Below the pieces are notes generated by a model, which was not told where the DNA came from, did no database searches, and saw nothing but the letters and a program-made list of their open reading frames with translations. A DNA stretch of 64,000 bases from positions 33,358,001 through 33,422,000 of the forward strand of contig CM059432.1 in NCBI GenBank assembly GCA_030390025.1. Reading direction: 5' to 3'. The position numbers were made by a program, and so were the translations under genes. This DNA is from Squalus acanthias. Taxonomy: Eukaryota. Positions 25,421 through 37,465 of this stretch are shown here, one piece after another. Position 1 is the first letter of the stretch; each line of letters opens with the position of its first letter.

Positions 25421-28023
25421 CTAATAAGATTATGGCCCCTTGTTCTGGACTCCCCCACCAGAGGAAATAGTTTCTCTCGATCTACCCTATCATATTCTTT
25501 AATCATCTGAAACACCTCAATTAGATCACCCTTTAATCTTCTATATTCAAGTGAATACAAGCCTAGTCTATCCAACCAGTGCTCATAATTTAACCCTCTA
25601 AATCCCAGTATCATTCTGGTGATTCTGCACTGCACTCCCTCCAAGGCCAATATATCCTTCCTGTGGTGTGGTGCCCAGAACTGAACGCAATACTCTAGAT
25701 GCAGTCTAACCAGAGCACTATATAACTGTGGCATAACCTCCTCCCCTTTGTGTTCCAGACCCTTTGAGATGAAGGCTAACATTTCATTAGCTTTTAAAAT
25801 TATTTTTTGTACCTGTCCACTGGTTTCTAGTGATACCTGTACATGGACACACAAATCTCTCCACAATTTCTAGCTTCTCAACATTTAGAAAATACTCTGA
25901 TTTATCTTTCTTATGTCCAAAGTGGATGACCTCGCACTTCCCCACATTGAACTCCATCTGCCACAGTTTTGCCGCTCACTTAATCTACCAATGTCCCTTT
26001 GCAAATTTCTGCTCCCATCTACACTACTTACTGTGCCACCTAACTTTGTGTCATCAGAAAATTAGGATATACGGTTCTCGATTACATAGGATATACAGCA
26101 CAGAAACAGGCCATTCGGCCCAACCAGAGCATGCTGGCGTTTATGCTCCACTCGAGCCTCCTCCCCTCTTTCCTCATCTAACTCTATCAGCAAAACCCTC
26201 TATTCCCTTCTCCCTCATATGCTTATCTAATCACCCCTTAACTACATCTATACTATTCGCTTCAACCGCCCCCTGTGGTAGCGAGTTCTACATTCTCACC
26301 ACTCTCTGAGTAAAGAAGTTTCTTCTGAATTCTCTATTTGATTTTTTGGTGACTATCTTATATTGATGGCCTCTAGTTTTGCTCTTCCCCACAAGTGGAA
26401 ACATTCTCTCTGTATCTACTCTATCAAAACCTTTCATGAATTTAAAGACCTCTATTAGGTCACCCCTCAGCCTTCTCTTTTCAAGAGAAAAGAGACCCCG
26501 CCTGTTCATCCTTTCCTGATAGGTGTACCCTCGCATTTCTGGTATCATCCTTGCAAATCTTTTCTGCACCCTCTCCAGTGCCTCCACATCCTTTTTATAA
26601 TATGGCGACCAGAATTGCAAACAGTACTCCAAGTGTGGTCTAACCTGGGTTCGATACAAGTTTAGCATAACTTCACTACTTTTCAATTCTATCCCTCTAG
26701 AAATAAACCCAAGTACCTGGTTTGCTTTTTTTATGGCCTTGTTAAACTGTGTCGATACTTTGTGATTTGTGTATTTGTACTCCTAGATCCCTTTGTTCCT
26801 CTACCCCATTTAGATTCTTATTTTCCAAGTAATATGTGACCTCCCTTTTTTTTACCAAAATGTAATACCTCACATTTATCTGTGTTGAACTTCATTTGCC
26901 AATTATATGCCCATTCTGCAAGTTTATTAATGTCTTCTTGTAATTTGTTGCAGTCCTCCTCAGTATTGCCTTTCCCCCCCAATTTGGTGTCGTCTGTAAA
27001 TTTAGAAATTGTGTTTTTGATTCCAAGGTCTAAATCGTTAATATAAATTGTGAACAACAGTGGTCCCAGCACTGATAATTGTGGAACACCACTTCCCACC
27101 TTCTGCTACTCTGAACAGCTACCCTTTACCCCTACTCTCTGCTTTCTGTCTTGAAGCCAGCTAGCTGTCCATTCTGCTATTTGTCTCCTGACTCTGCATA
27201 CCATGACCTTATTCGTTTGTCTATTATGTGGTACCTTATCGAAGGCCTTTTGAAAAATCTAGATAAATTACATCTACTGCACTACCCTTGTCTACTCTCT
27301 CGGTTACCTCTTTGAAAAATTCAATTAGGTTGGTCAAGCAAGACTCCATGCTGACTATTATTATATTTTTCATTTCTAGATGTTCTTTTATTTTCTCCTT
27401 TAGTAGGGATTCCATCATTTTTCCTACCACCGATGTTAAGTTGACTAGCCTATAGTTCCCTGGACATGTTCTACCTCCCTTCTTAAATATAGATATTACG
27501 TTAGCTATCCGCCAGTCCTCTGGCACTACATCTTTTTCTAATGAATTACTGAATATGTTTAGTAATGCTTCTGCTATTTTTTCCCTAGATTCTTTTAAAA
27601 TACGCAGATGTAATCCATCCGGACCAGGGGTTTTATCCTCTGAGTTTGATTCGTTTATTTAATATATCCCTTTTTAAACATTTTAAATGCAGTTAACTCA
27701 TTATTAATCTCATCATCCGATGTCATCTCCACCTGTTCTATCTCCCTGGTAAATACTGAAGCAAAGTAATTATTTAATATCTCTGTCATCTCCCTATTGC
27801 TGCCTGCGGTATTATCCTCTCCATTCCTTCATGGCCCTATTCCCATCCCGACCTTTCTTTTTTTATTTATGTGCCTGTAAAATATTTTACTATTTTATTT
27901 TATGTTCCTTGATAATTTAATTTCATAGTTCCTCTTTACCTTCCTAATTGTTTTTTTGATTTCTCTCCTAATCCCTTCATATTCTCCCTTATCATGCTCT
28001 CCCCTGCTGTCCATGTACTTAAT

Positions 28024-28776
28024 GGCCCAGATATTCCGATCGCAGGCCTGCCGCGGGCGGAGGACTGAGATCTGGAAAAATCTACGCCCTTATCTGAGGG
28101 TTCCCTGGACGCGTACAATTCCAGTGCTGGGCCTCTCCAAACTGCCGGTGCGCAGGGCCCACGTATCCCAGAGGCGCAGGTAGTTCGCAGCGTCCCTGGG
28201 ATCACGTGGGCCATGGGGAGCTAATCACAGAAGGGAATCTCCCTTCCTACATTTGACAGGAAGACCTGTCAAATATATGAATGGAGATCACCCCCAAAAC
28301 ATAGTAAAACTTTAAATACATTAAAAAAAAAATCACATTTTTAAAATGACTTGAAATTACAATAAATTAACTATTTTAGACAAAAATTTAAATTTTTGAA
28401 AAAAATAATTAAAGTTTTTTACGGGGCTAAAAATAAACTTACTTTTTTAAAGTATTTTTAAATGATAAATCAGTGAAATTAAAAAAAAAACTTTTTTCAA
28501 CTCTTATCCTGGTAAAAGCAGGCCTTACGCCTGCTTTTATCAGGCGCAAGAATTGTAAGGGTTTTCTGTGGGCGGAGGGTCTCCAAAAAGCAGAACTATC
28601 CGGCCGCAGAGGCCCTTCTCCCGGGCAGCCAGAGGATCTGTCAAGAGCTTTCTTGACAGATCGGAAATGCCGGTTTCCAGCGCATGCACAGTGCATGCCT
28701 GAAACTGGCATTTCCAATGTCCCTATGGGTGAGTACACAGCGCATACCCACCTGTAGGGATCGGAAAATCCAGCCC
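28024..28776. mobile_element. Harbinger-like MITE inside CR1
   Basis: TIRs ggcccagatattccgatc / gatcggaaaatccagccc; flanks AAT / ATT; removing it restores CR1 coding sequence. Confidence 0.8.
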
Positions 28777-29735
28777 ATTGTATGCTTCTTCCTTACCCTC
28801 AATTTTTCCCTTATGGCTTTATTCATCCACGGTGTTTCATTAGTGTTTAGCTTGTTCTTGTTTATTAGCGGAATATATTTTTCCTGGACTCTGTTGAACA
28901 TCGTTTTAAATGTTTCCCATTGCTGTTCTACATCATTGTTTGCCAATACTGTTGTCCATTTTATTTTCCCAAGTTCTATTCTCAGTCCCTCAATATCAGC
29001 TTTTCTCCAATCTATCACCCTGGTCTTTGTCATACCTATGTCTTTCTCAATTATTATCTTAAAGCGTATTATATTATGGTCACTATTGCCTAGATGTTCC
29101 CCTACTTTTACTTCTCTTATCCGCTCTGGTTCATTCTCCATTACTAGATCCAATAGTGAATCCTCTCTTGTTGGGCTTTTTACATATTGGGTTAGAAAGG
29201 AGTCCTGTACACATTGTAGGAACTCCATTCCCTTATCCCCTTTACCTTTCTCTTCTGTCCAATTAATATTTGGGTATTTGAAATCCCCCATGATTATTAT
29301 TCTATGTTTTTTACTCATTTCCCTAATTTGTCTGCATATTTCTTCCTCCACCTCCCTTCCACTATTAGGTGGTCTGTAGACTACCACTATTAGTATGATT
29401 ATCTCTATCCACATGGAATCTATTTCTGTCTTGCTGATCGCTGCGTCACTTTTTTCTCCTGCCATTATGTTATCCCTAATAAGTACAGCTATTCCACCTC
29501 CCCTTTTCCCCTCTCTATCCTTTCTAAATATGTTATACCCTGCAATGTTTAATTCCTAGCCATGATTTTTCTGTAGCCATGTCTCAGTAATCCCTACTTT
29601 GGTTCCTTGCAACGCCTGATTGCCTCCAGCTCCCCAGTTTTATTACGGACACTGTGCATTGCTGTACAGACAGATTAACTCATTTTTAATAACAGTTCCT
29701 CTCACTTTATTTTTAAACATCTTTTTAAACTCTTG

Positions 29736-30621
29736 GGGGGAAAAATTCAGTTGGTTGCGCCTCCTGTTAGCGCCTTAATAGGGCGCTAATGGGGCGCAAA
29801 GCAACTAGCGCCCGGGCGCGGCGATGTTTGCACCGCTCGCGAAATTAACTAGACATTTTGCGGCGGCGCTAAACACTAGCGCCACGATCTCCTGCGCGGC
29901 AGATCGTGACGTCAGTCGAGTGCGCAACGCCCCGGTAGCGCCCCGGAGCGGATATTGAGTGGCGCCCCCTGCCTTACCGCCTGCCGCTAGCAACGACAGG
30001 TTGAGGGGAGCATTTTGCAGTCAGGAAGGGACTGGGGGAGCGCTATTTAAAGGCGACCGCTTCCTGCCTTTTATTGTTGGTGACATTTTTGAACCACACA
30101 TTCAGAGAGAGAGAGACTTCTGAAAAGATTCAACGCTGTGTGAAGGAGTTTTGGGTACTGAGCAGCACTTTGCAGCTTCATTTTGATTTTCCCTTCCTTG
30201 TATCGATTTAGAAGAGACTGTGGGGGCTGCACTCTGAGCTCTTTCCCTGGTTCTCTCCATTGTTCTTTCCAGCAGATTTGATGTACAGGTCTCTCCAGGC
30301 CGAGATTCAAGGCTGCAATGAGCAGGATGTGGATGGAAAGCAAGATCAACCCTCCCCTTTAAGAACTGGCCGGTGCCATTGTGTCTGTGTTCCATTGCTG
30401 ACTGACATCACATGAGCTTCGCCAGCGCTCTGAGGTAGCGCCTCGCTCCTCGGCCTTTGCGCCTTAAGACAAGTGTGAAGCGCCTGATTTAGCGCTCCAA
30501 TCACCTCCAAGGGCGATAAAAGTCAAGTTTGCAGTCGGAGGCGATAATTAGCGCCAGGCGCTAATCTTTGCGCCTGGCCGATAATTGCGCCCCAAATGGG
30601 GCGATACTGAATTTCTCCCCC
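29736..30621. mobile_element. Harbinger-like MITE inside CR1, CpG-rich
   Basis: TIRs gggggaaaaattcagt / actgaatttctccccc; perfect TTG TSD; many tagcgcc/ggcgcta subterminal motifs. Confidence 0.9.
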
Positions 30622-30925
30622 TTGTTCTATAACTCTATTTATTCCCTGGCCATCAATGTCCTCCCTTACTTTACTCTTTCCTATGCTCTCCTTTCCTGTA
30701 TTGTTTATATTTAGTCTGGTTTCATTTCTAGTAGATCCCTCCCCTCATCTTACTAGTTTAAAGCCTTTGCCACCTCCCTATTTACCTTTCTTTCATCTAA
30801 GTCATTTATACATATAGTAAAAAGCTGAGTCCCCAGTATAGATCGCTGGGCGACTCCACTAGTCATATCCTGCCAATTTGAGTACATACTCATTTTATCT
30901 CCTACCTTCTAACCAATTCGTTACT

Positions 30926-31062
30926 CCTTTGACCAAGCTTTTGGTCACCTGTCCTAATGTCTCCTTCTTCGGCTCAGTGTCAATTTTTGTCTAATTACGA
31001 TTCTGTGTAGCGCCTTGGGATGTTTTATGTTAATGGTGCTATATAAACAAAAGTTGTTGTTA
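30926..31062 (+). mobile_element. L2 3' tail
   Basis: Matches 63580-63720; ends gttgttgtt. Confidence 0.85.
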
Positions 31063-31549
31063 TAACCTTCACGTCCATTTTTAATTGGATATTGATCCAG
31101 CTCCTTTTTGAAGGAACCAGTCAGCTTTGCAATGCTTGCTTTTGCTAGGAATCCATTTCACTAGTTTGGGACAAAAAGAAGGACTGTTTCCTAATTTCCA
31201 GTCTCGCTGAAAGCTTGTTCATTTTGAACTGTTCAGGCTTGAGATTGGGTAGGTGTGGTCTCTTTACACAGACTGCCAAAAAAAGACATCCTCAGAGACG
31301 GTCTCCATCAAACTGTGACTAATCGCAAATAGTTTCAAAGATATGATCTGGATTGTGGGGAAACTTAAAAAACTTGTGAATTTACTTTTTGAAAATGATG
31401 GGCTGCAATCCCATTGGATGCCACAAATTAGCTCTGTTAATTTTATTTTATGAGACCCCCAGATCCCCTTAAAAAATGTGGGTGTGAAATTCCACTAGTG
31501 AGGTGGGGCTGGGGTGGCGACTCCTACTTGTTCACTGTAACTTTTCTAA

Positions 31550-31870
31550 CACATTCTTGGGATGTGGCCGTTGCTGGTAACGCCGGCATTTATTGGCCAT
31601 TCCTGATACAACTGGGAAAGTGGCGATACAATTGATGCAATGTCAGCCATGGAATCACATATGGGCCAGACTGGGTAATAATGGCAGGTTTCCTTCCCTA
31701 AAGGACATTAGTGAGCCAGTTGAGTTTTCACGACAATCCGACAGATTCACGGTCACTTTTATTGATACCAGCTTTTTAAAAAAAAAAAGTAATTTCAAAT
31801 TCTCAAACAGCCACAGTGGGATTTGAACGTGCACTCTCTGGATTATTAGTCCAGTACCATAACTTCTAGG
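31550..31870 (-). mobile_element. SINE family B
   Basis: gatgtggccgttgctggtaacgccggcatttattg tail; gtgggatttgaac B box (antisense). Confidence 0.75.
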
Positions 31871-31904
31871 CTAGGTTGCCTTTGTGAAAAGAGATCCAGC
31901 CGGT

Positions 31905-32725
31905 GTGAAGGAGCGAATTGTTTGAGTCCTTATTCAATTCGTTGAGGAGGTAACTGGACATGCTAGATGGGGGGAAATGCAGTGGATGTAGTGCATGTGG
32001 ACTTTAACAAAGTGTCACATAAAAAAGAAAGATTTACATTTATATAGTGCCTTTCACGACCACTGGACGTCTCAAAGCGCTTTACAGCCAATTAAGTACT
32101 TTTGAAGTGTAGTCACTGTTGTAATGTGAGAAACGCGGCAGCCAATTTGCACACAACAAGCTCCCACAAACAGCAATGTGATAACGACCAGATAATCTGT
32201 ATTTGTTATGTTGCTTGAGGAATAAGTATTGGCCAGGACACTGGAGATAATTCCCCTGCTCTTCTTTGGAATAGTACCATGGAATTTTTTACGTCCACCT
32301 GAGAGAGCAGACGGGGCCTCGCTTTAATGTCTCATCCGAAAGACGGCACCTCCGACAGCGCAGCACTCCCTCAGCACTGCACTGGAGTGTCAGCCTAGAT
32401 TTATGTGCTCAAGTCCCTGGAGTGGGACTTGAACCCACAACCTTCTGACCCAGAGGCAAGTGTGCTACCCACTGAGCCACAGCTGACACTATTAGAAATT
32501 ATTAGAGAAGATTAAGGAATATGGCATTCGGAGGAAAATAGCAAACTGGATTAAAAATTGATTGTAAGGGAGAAAACAGAGAATATGAGTTAAGGGCGGT
32601 TTTTCAGAACGAAAGTGGATAGTGTTGTCCCATACGGTTCAGTTCTGGGGCCACTTCTTTTCACTGAATATTAATGAGTTTGATGGAAGCCTCAAGGGAG
32701 TGGTGTTGAAATTTGCAGATGATAA
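31905..32725 (+). mobile_element. Decayed CR1 RT fragment split by a SINE
   Basis: Remnants of AVDVVH-DF-K (31975-32020) and SVV-YGSVLGPLLF...KFADD (32620-32725). Confidence 0.65.
32021..32489 (-). mobile_element. Full-length SINE family A, well preserved
   Basis: A and B boxes, Deu block, L2-type tail. Confidence 0.92.
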
Positions 32726-33017
32726 CATGCGATGGGAAGGTGCAGGCAACGGTGGTTCCAGTGGGGGCCGGCTGGGCGGCTGGAGCTAGGCCTCACCACT
32801 CATTTTCCCTCATTCTCCAATGTGATTCTGCCTGATTTTGGAGCAGGATCATGGAAGAGAATCCAGCCCCACCTGCCTATAAATCGACGCGCAGCAGCCA
32901 TTACCATGAGGTAACTATGATCTGATAATGTCTCATCCTGTTTCAGCTCCCCAGTGCAATGGTACTTGACTTCTAACTAGACAAGACTAGCGTAAAAACC
33001 CCAAAATGTTACGCCAA

Positions 33018-33345
33018 CCTATGGATAGGCCGATAACCTGTTTCCTGGCTAGTCCAATACTCTGCCGCGTGGATAGACTATAACTGATCTCATGGATAGA
33101 ATGATAACTTGCCCTATGGATAAACCAATAACCCACTCCATAAATAAAGTAGAAACCTGCCCCTTGGATAGATCTGTAACTCATCTCTATAGATAGACCC
33201 AATAACCCAACCCACGGATTGAATCCTAACTGGCCCCTTGGATAGACCCAGAACTCATCTCCATGGATAGACCCATAACCCACTATTAACAAATCTTGTG
33301 ATAACCCACTTCAGTAATCTACCTCATGAATAAACTGTTAACCCA
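33018..33345. repeat. Degenerate tandem repeat, unit about 23-24 bp
   Basis: c(c/t)atggatagaccc(a)ataacNNNN-like unit, roughly a dozen copies. Confidence 0.8.
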
Positions 33346-34389
33346 CCTGCCCGTTATCACTTTTCCATTCAAGTCTACCCTGTGTATATTAATATATATT
33401 AAAATAAACTATTTATTATACATAATTAAAGGGATTAGTATAAATGGATTCAAGACCTAGTTAAATGTATTTATGGAGGGAGCAGAATAAGGGATGTAAT
33501 AATAAGATAAATAATTCTTGCATAGCTACTTATCACATTGAAATGTCTGAGAGTGCTTGACACAATGAATTACTTTGGAGTATAGAAACAAATGACCAGG
33601 GCCATGAAGTAATACTGTGTGAATTTTACCATTGCATATTTAAGGGGTGATTTTTTGACTTTGTGTGGCCTTGCATATTGTAAATTCAGGCATGCACTGC
33701 ATAAGTTTTTTGAACCTTTTAAGTAGCTGGAAAAATGATGAGTAGTGCACACCGAATTTCCGATATGCGCTCCCAGTGGCCAAGGCTCCCTGCCAGATGC
33801 TCAAAGTCTGAAAATGATCCTTTTGCTATTCTAACAGAGGCCGTTAATCCATTAAAATAATAGTCAACACCCGTTTTAAAACACGGAGACACTAGACAAA
33901 TGTAAGTGCTTGTTAATAAGGGCATCACATCCGAGCCTGTTCTCCGCCCTCCGCACCTCAGCCAGTGTGCGATTCCAGCATGGTCAATGGATAGCGGTCA
34001 GGAGTGGGAACTTTAACATTCACAAAGGAATCGTGGACCTGGATTTGTGCGAGGTTTCTCTAAATCTTCTGCCGTAACTTCACTGGAAGGTTGGGTGGAG
34101 TCCCAGAGAAGTAGCCGTTTCTCCGGGGGGGGGGTCCCAATGATCTCCCCACAGAAATTCTCGGTGCATGATGCACGTTTATTCTCTAATATTCATACAA
34201 CCTAATTTTAATGCCGCCAAACGATAGGTGGCGTTGATCTCTCAAAAAACTGGACGGGCTCATTGGGCTTTTCCTGGTCTTACAAGTTTGAGTTTTCTTT
34301 TTGAAAGGATCTAAACTCAAGAATGACATTCTTTAATTTCAGCCACTTCAAAAAAAATTGTTAGTTACGAGGCGGGAGAAGGGGGAACT

Positions 34390-34710
34390 GGGGTGATGCA
34401 ATGTGTTAGAATTTTCCTTCTCACCTCTGAGATTTGGGTTTTGACTCCAACCCAAACAGATGGTACATTTGCTTCTCATTGACAGCTGCAGGAGGCTGTA
34501 ACTTAAGTGAAATGAGCTTGAAATGTCCAGTCCAGCATCTCAACGGACTCTGGTCCAAAGCACGGACCTTCCTGTATTTCTGGGGTAATTGGCACAGTCT
34601 CCCTTAGAGAGGCCACAATGCTGGGGAGGTGTGGGAGATGGAGATCGTTAAAGCATTAAAGCATTTTCCTGAAACAGGGTGAAGGCTTATTACTGAAGAG
34701 AGAAAGTGAG
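34390..34710 (+). mobile_element. LF-SINE-like ancient SINE
   Basis: tcacctctgagatttgggtt...ccaaccca...gtgaaatgagctt...cagtccag...aattggcac...gagaggcca matches my recollection of the LF-SINE consensus; not database-verified. Confidence 0.5.
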
Positions 34711-34726
34711 CGAGAGGGAAAGAAAA

Positions 34727-35062
34727 GTAGTGGCTGTAATACTGGACTAGGAACCCAGAGAGCATGAGTTCAAAATCCCACTATGGCAAGTTGTGAAAAT
34801 GAAATCAAATCTGGTAATTTATGGGCTGGCACCAGAAAAAAAGGATGACTGTGAGAAGCTCTGGATTGCCGTTAAAAATCCCAACTGGTTCGCTAATGTG
34901 CTTCAGGCCACCAAGTTTGGCTTACATGTGACTCAATATAATTGACTATTCTTGCACTTTGAAGTGGCCTAAAAGTATGTAATTCCATTGCTATGTTCAG
35001 GGGCAATTAGGGATGGGAAATAAATGCAGTCTTGATAGCATCGCTCATATTCTGAGAACAAC
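34727..35062 (+). mobile_element. SINE family B, full length
   Basis: tRNA-like head (actggactag...gagttcaaaatccc); 3' tail gggcaattagggatggga-aataaatg shared with the adjacent LINE. Confidence 0.75.
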
Positions 35063-35131
35063 TGAAAAAAGATGCATTCTCAGGTTAATTTTGGGTATAT
35101 CTCAACTGTGAATTTTTTTGTTTTATACATT

Positions 35132-36985
35132 TATAGGATGTGGGCATCGCTGGCAAGGCCAACATTTATTGCCCACCTCTAATTGCCTTTGAGAAGGTGG
35201 TGGTGAGCTGCATTCTTGAACCGCTGCAGTCCGTGTGGTGATGGTACGCCCACAGTGCTGTTAGGTAGGCAGTTCCAGGATTTTGACCCAGCGATGAAGG
35301 ATCGGCGATATACTTCTAAGTCAGGATGATGTGTGACTTGGAGGGGAACTTGGAGGTGGTCGTGTTCCCATGTGCCTGCTGCCCTTGTCCTTCTAGGTGG
35401 AAGAGATCGTGGGTTTGGGAGGTGCTGCCGAAGAAGCCTTGGTGAGTTGCTGCAATGCATCTTGTAGATGGTACACACTGCAGTCACAGTACGCCGGTGG
35501 TGGAGGGAGTGAATGTTTAAGGTGGTAGATGGGGAGCCAATCAAGCGGGCTGCTTTGTCCTGGATGGTGTCGAGCTTCTTGAGTGTTGTTGGAGCTGCAC
35601 TCCTCCAGGCAAGTGGAGAGTATTCCATCACACTCCTTAGTTGTGCCTTGTAGATGGTGGAAAGGCTTTGGGGAGTCAGGAGGTGAGACACTCGCTGCAG
35701 AATACCTAGCCTCTGACCTGCTCTTGTTGCCACAGTATTTTTGTGGCTGGTCCAGTTAAGTTTCTGGTCAATGGTGACCCCCAGGATGTTGGTGGTGGGG
35801 GATTTGGCGATGGTAATGCCGTTGAATGTCAAGGGGAGGTGGTTAGACTCTCGCTTGTTGGAGATAGTCATTGCCTGGCACTTGTGTGGCACGAATGTTA
35901 CCTGCCACTTATCAGCCCAAGCCTGAACGTCGTCCAGGTCTTGTTGCATGCGGGCATGGACTGCTTCATTATCTGAGGAGTTGTGAATGGCGCTAAACAC
36001 TGTGAGCGAACATCCCCATTTCTGACCTTATGTTGAAGGGAAGGTCATTAATGAAGCAGCTGAAGATGGTTGGGCCTATGACACTGAGTGAGCTGAGTGG
36101 TCTTGGCGGAACTCAAACTGGGCATCAGTGAGCTGGTTATTGGTGAGTAAGTGCTGCTTGATAACACTGTCGATGACACCTTCCATCACTTTGCTGATGA
36201 TTGAAAGTAGACTGATGGGGCAGTAATTGGCCGGGTTGGATTTGTCCTGCTTTTTGTGGACAGGACATACCTGGGCAGTTTTCCACATTGTCGGATAGAT
36301 GCCAGTGTTGTAGCTGTACTGGAACAGCTTGGCTAGAGGCGCGGCAAGTTCTGGAGCACAAGTCTTCAGCACGATAGCCGGGATGTTGTCGGGTCCCATA
36401 GCCTTTGCTGTATCCAGTGCGCTCAGCCGTTTCTTGATATCATGTGGAGTGAATCGAATTGGCTGAAGACTGGCTTCTGTGATGGTGGGGACCTCAGGAG
36501 TAGGCCAACATGGATCATCCACTCGGCACTTCTAGCTGAAGATGGTTGCAAACGCTTCAGCCTTGTCTTTTGCACTCATGTCTGGGCTGCACCATCATTG
36601 AGGATGGGGATATTCATGGAGCCTCCTCCTCCCATTAGTTATTTAATGGTCCACCACCATTCACGACTGGATGTGGCAGGACTGCAGAGCTTTGATCTGA
36701 TCCGTTGATTGTGGGATCGCTTATCCCTGTCTATAGCATGCTGCTTCCGCTTTTTAGCATGCATGTAGTCCTGTGTTGCAGCTTCCCCAGGTTGGCACCT
36801 CATTTTTAGGTACGCCTGGTGCTGCTCCTGGCATGCTCTTCTACACTTCTTATTGAACCAGGATTGGTCCCTGGCTTGATGGTAATGGTAGAGTGAGGGA
36901 TATGCCGGGCCATGAGGTTACAGATTGTGGTGGAATACAATTCTGCTGCTGCTGATGGCCCACAACGCCTCATGGATGCCCAGGA
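35132..36985 (-). mobile_element. CR1-group LINE of a distinct family, RT region with internal deletion
   Basis: KAMGPDNIP, SNPANYCPISLLSIISKVME, QQDLDDVQAWADKWQVTF, LGVTIDQKLNW, RSVMEYSPLAW; the DF..AFD to GVPQG stretch is missing near 36080. Confidence 0.9.
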
Positions 36986-37164
36986 TGAATATTTCATGCT
37001 GTAAAAACACGGGTCTGTTCCTTAATACTGTCAATTTTGACCTCAATGGTCATAAATTACAACTTGTTCCTTTTTAAAAATGTATCTCTGGTTTGTACTC
37101 AGTTAGCTGATCTCAAATGAGGTAGCACTGATGGGCTCAGTTCTTCTGGGCTGGGGGCAACATT

Positions 37165-37345
37165 AGGAACAAGAGTAGGCCGTTCAGCCCCTTGAGCCTG
37201 CTCCGCCATTCAATTAGATCATGGCTGATCTGCACCTCAACTCAATTTACCTGCCTTTACTCCATATCCCTTGATACCTTTACCTAACAAATCCCTATCT
37301 ATCTCAGTCTTCAAAGCTCCAATTGTCCCAGCCTCCTATGGGTTG
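37165..37345 (-). mobile_element. CR1 3' tail fragment
   Basis: aggaacaagagtaggccgttcagcccc-gagcctgctccgccattc. Confidence 0.75.
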
Positions 37346-37465
37346 GGGGGAAATGTTGAAGTTCCCACTCCTGACCACTATCCGTTGACCATACTGTAAT
37401 TGCACACTGGGTGAGGTGCAGAGGACGGAGAACAGGCTTGGATGTGAGCCCTTATTAACAAAAAC

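Larger units (their letters stand above)
25060..26078 (-). mobile_element. Older CR1 RT region (host of nested insertions; continues at 30790-30920)
   Basis: LVRLHLEYCVQFWAP, RRLKGDLIEVF; DDTKL motif near 26045 with the preceding GV-Q-SILG-QLF-I-INDLD at 30790-30860. Confidence 0.85.
26082..30790 (-). mobile_element. Long CR1 LINE (end of ORF1 + ORF2) nested in an older CR1 and interrupted by two MITEs
   Basis: VVYRPPNS, MGDFKYP, GNSDHNII (EN); GNYRLVNLTS, YLDFSK, GVPQLSVLGP, KFTDDTKL, RPHLEYCLQFWSP (RT); acataggat tail at 26082. Confidence 0.92.

Noticed and set aside
33018..33345. CRISPR-like array
   Set aside because: Eukaryotic context, degenerate units, no unique spacers, no cas genes
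35179..36000. 273-aa ORF as a host gene
   Set aside because: It is the RT C-terminal part of a LINE with an internal deletion upstream
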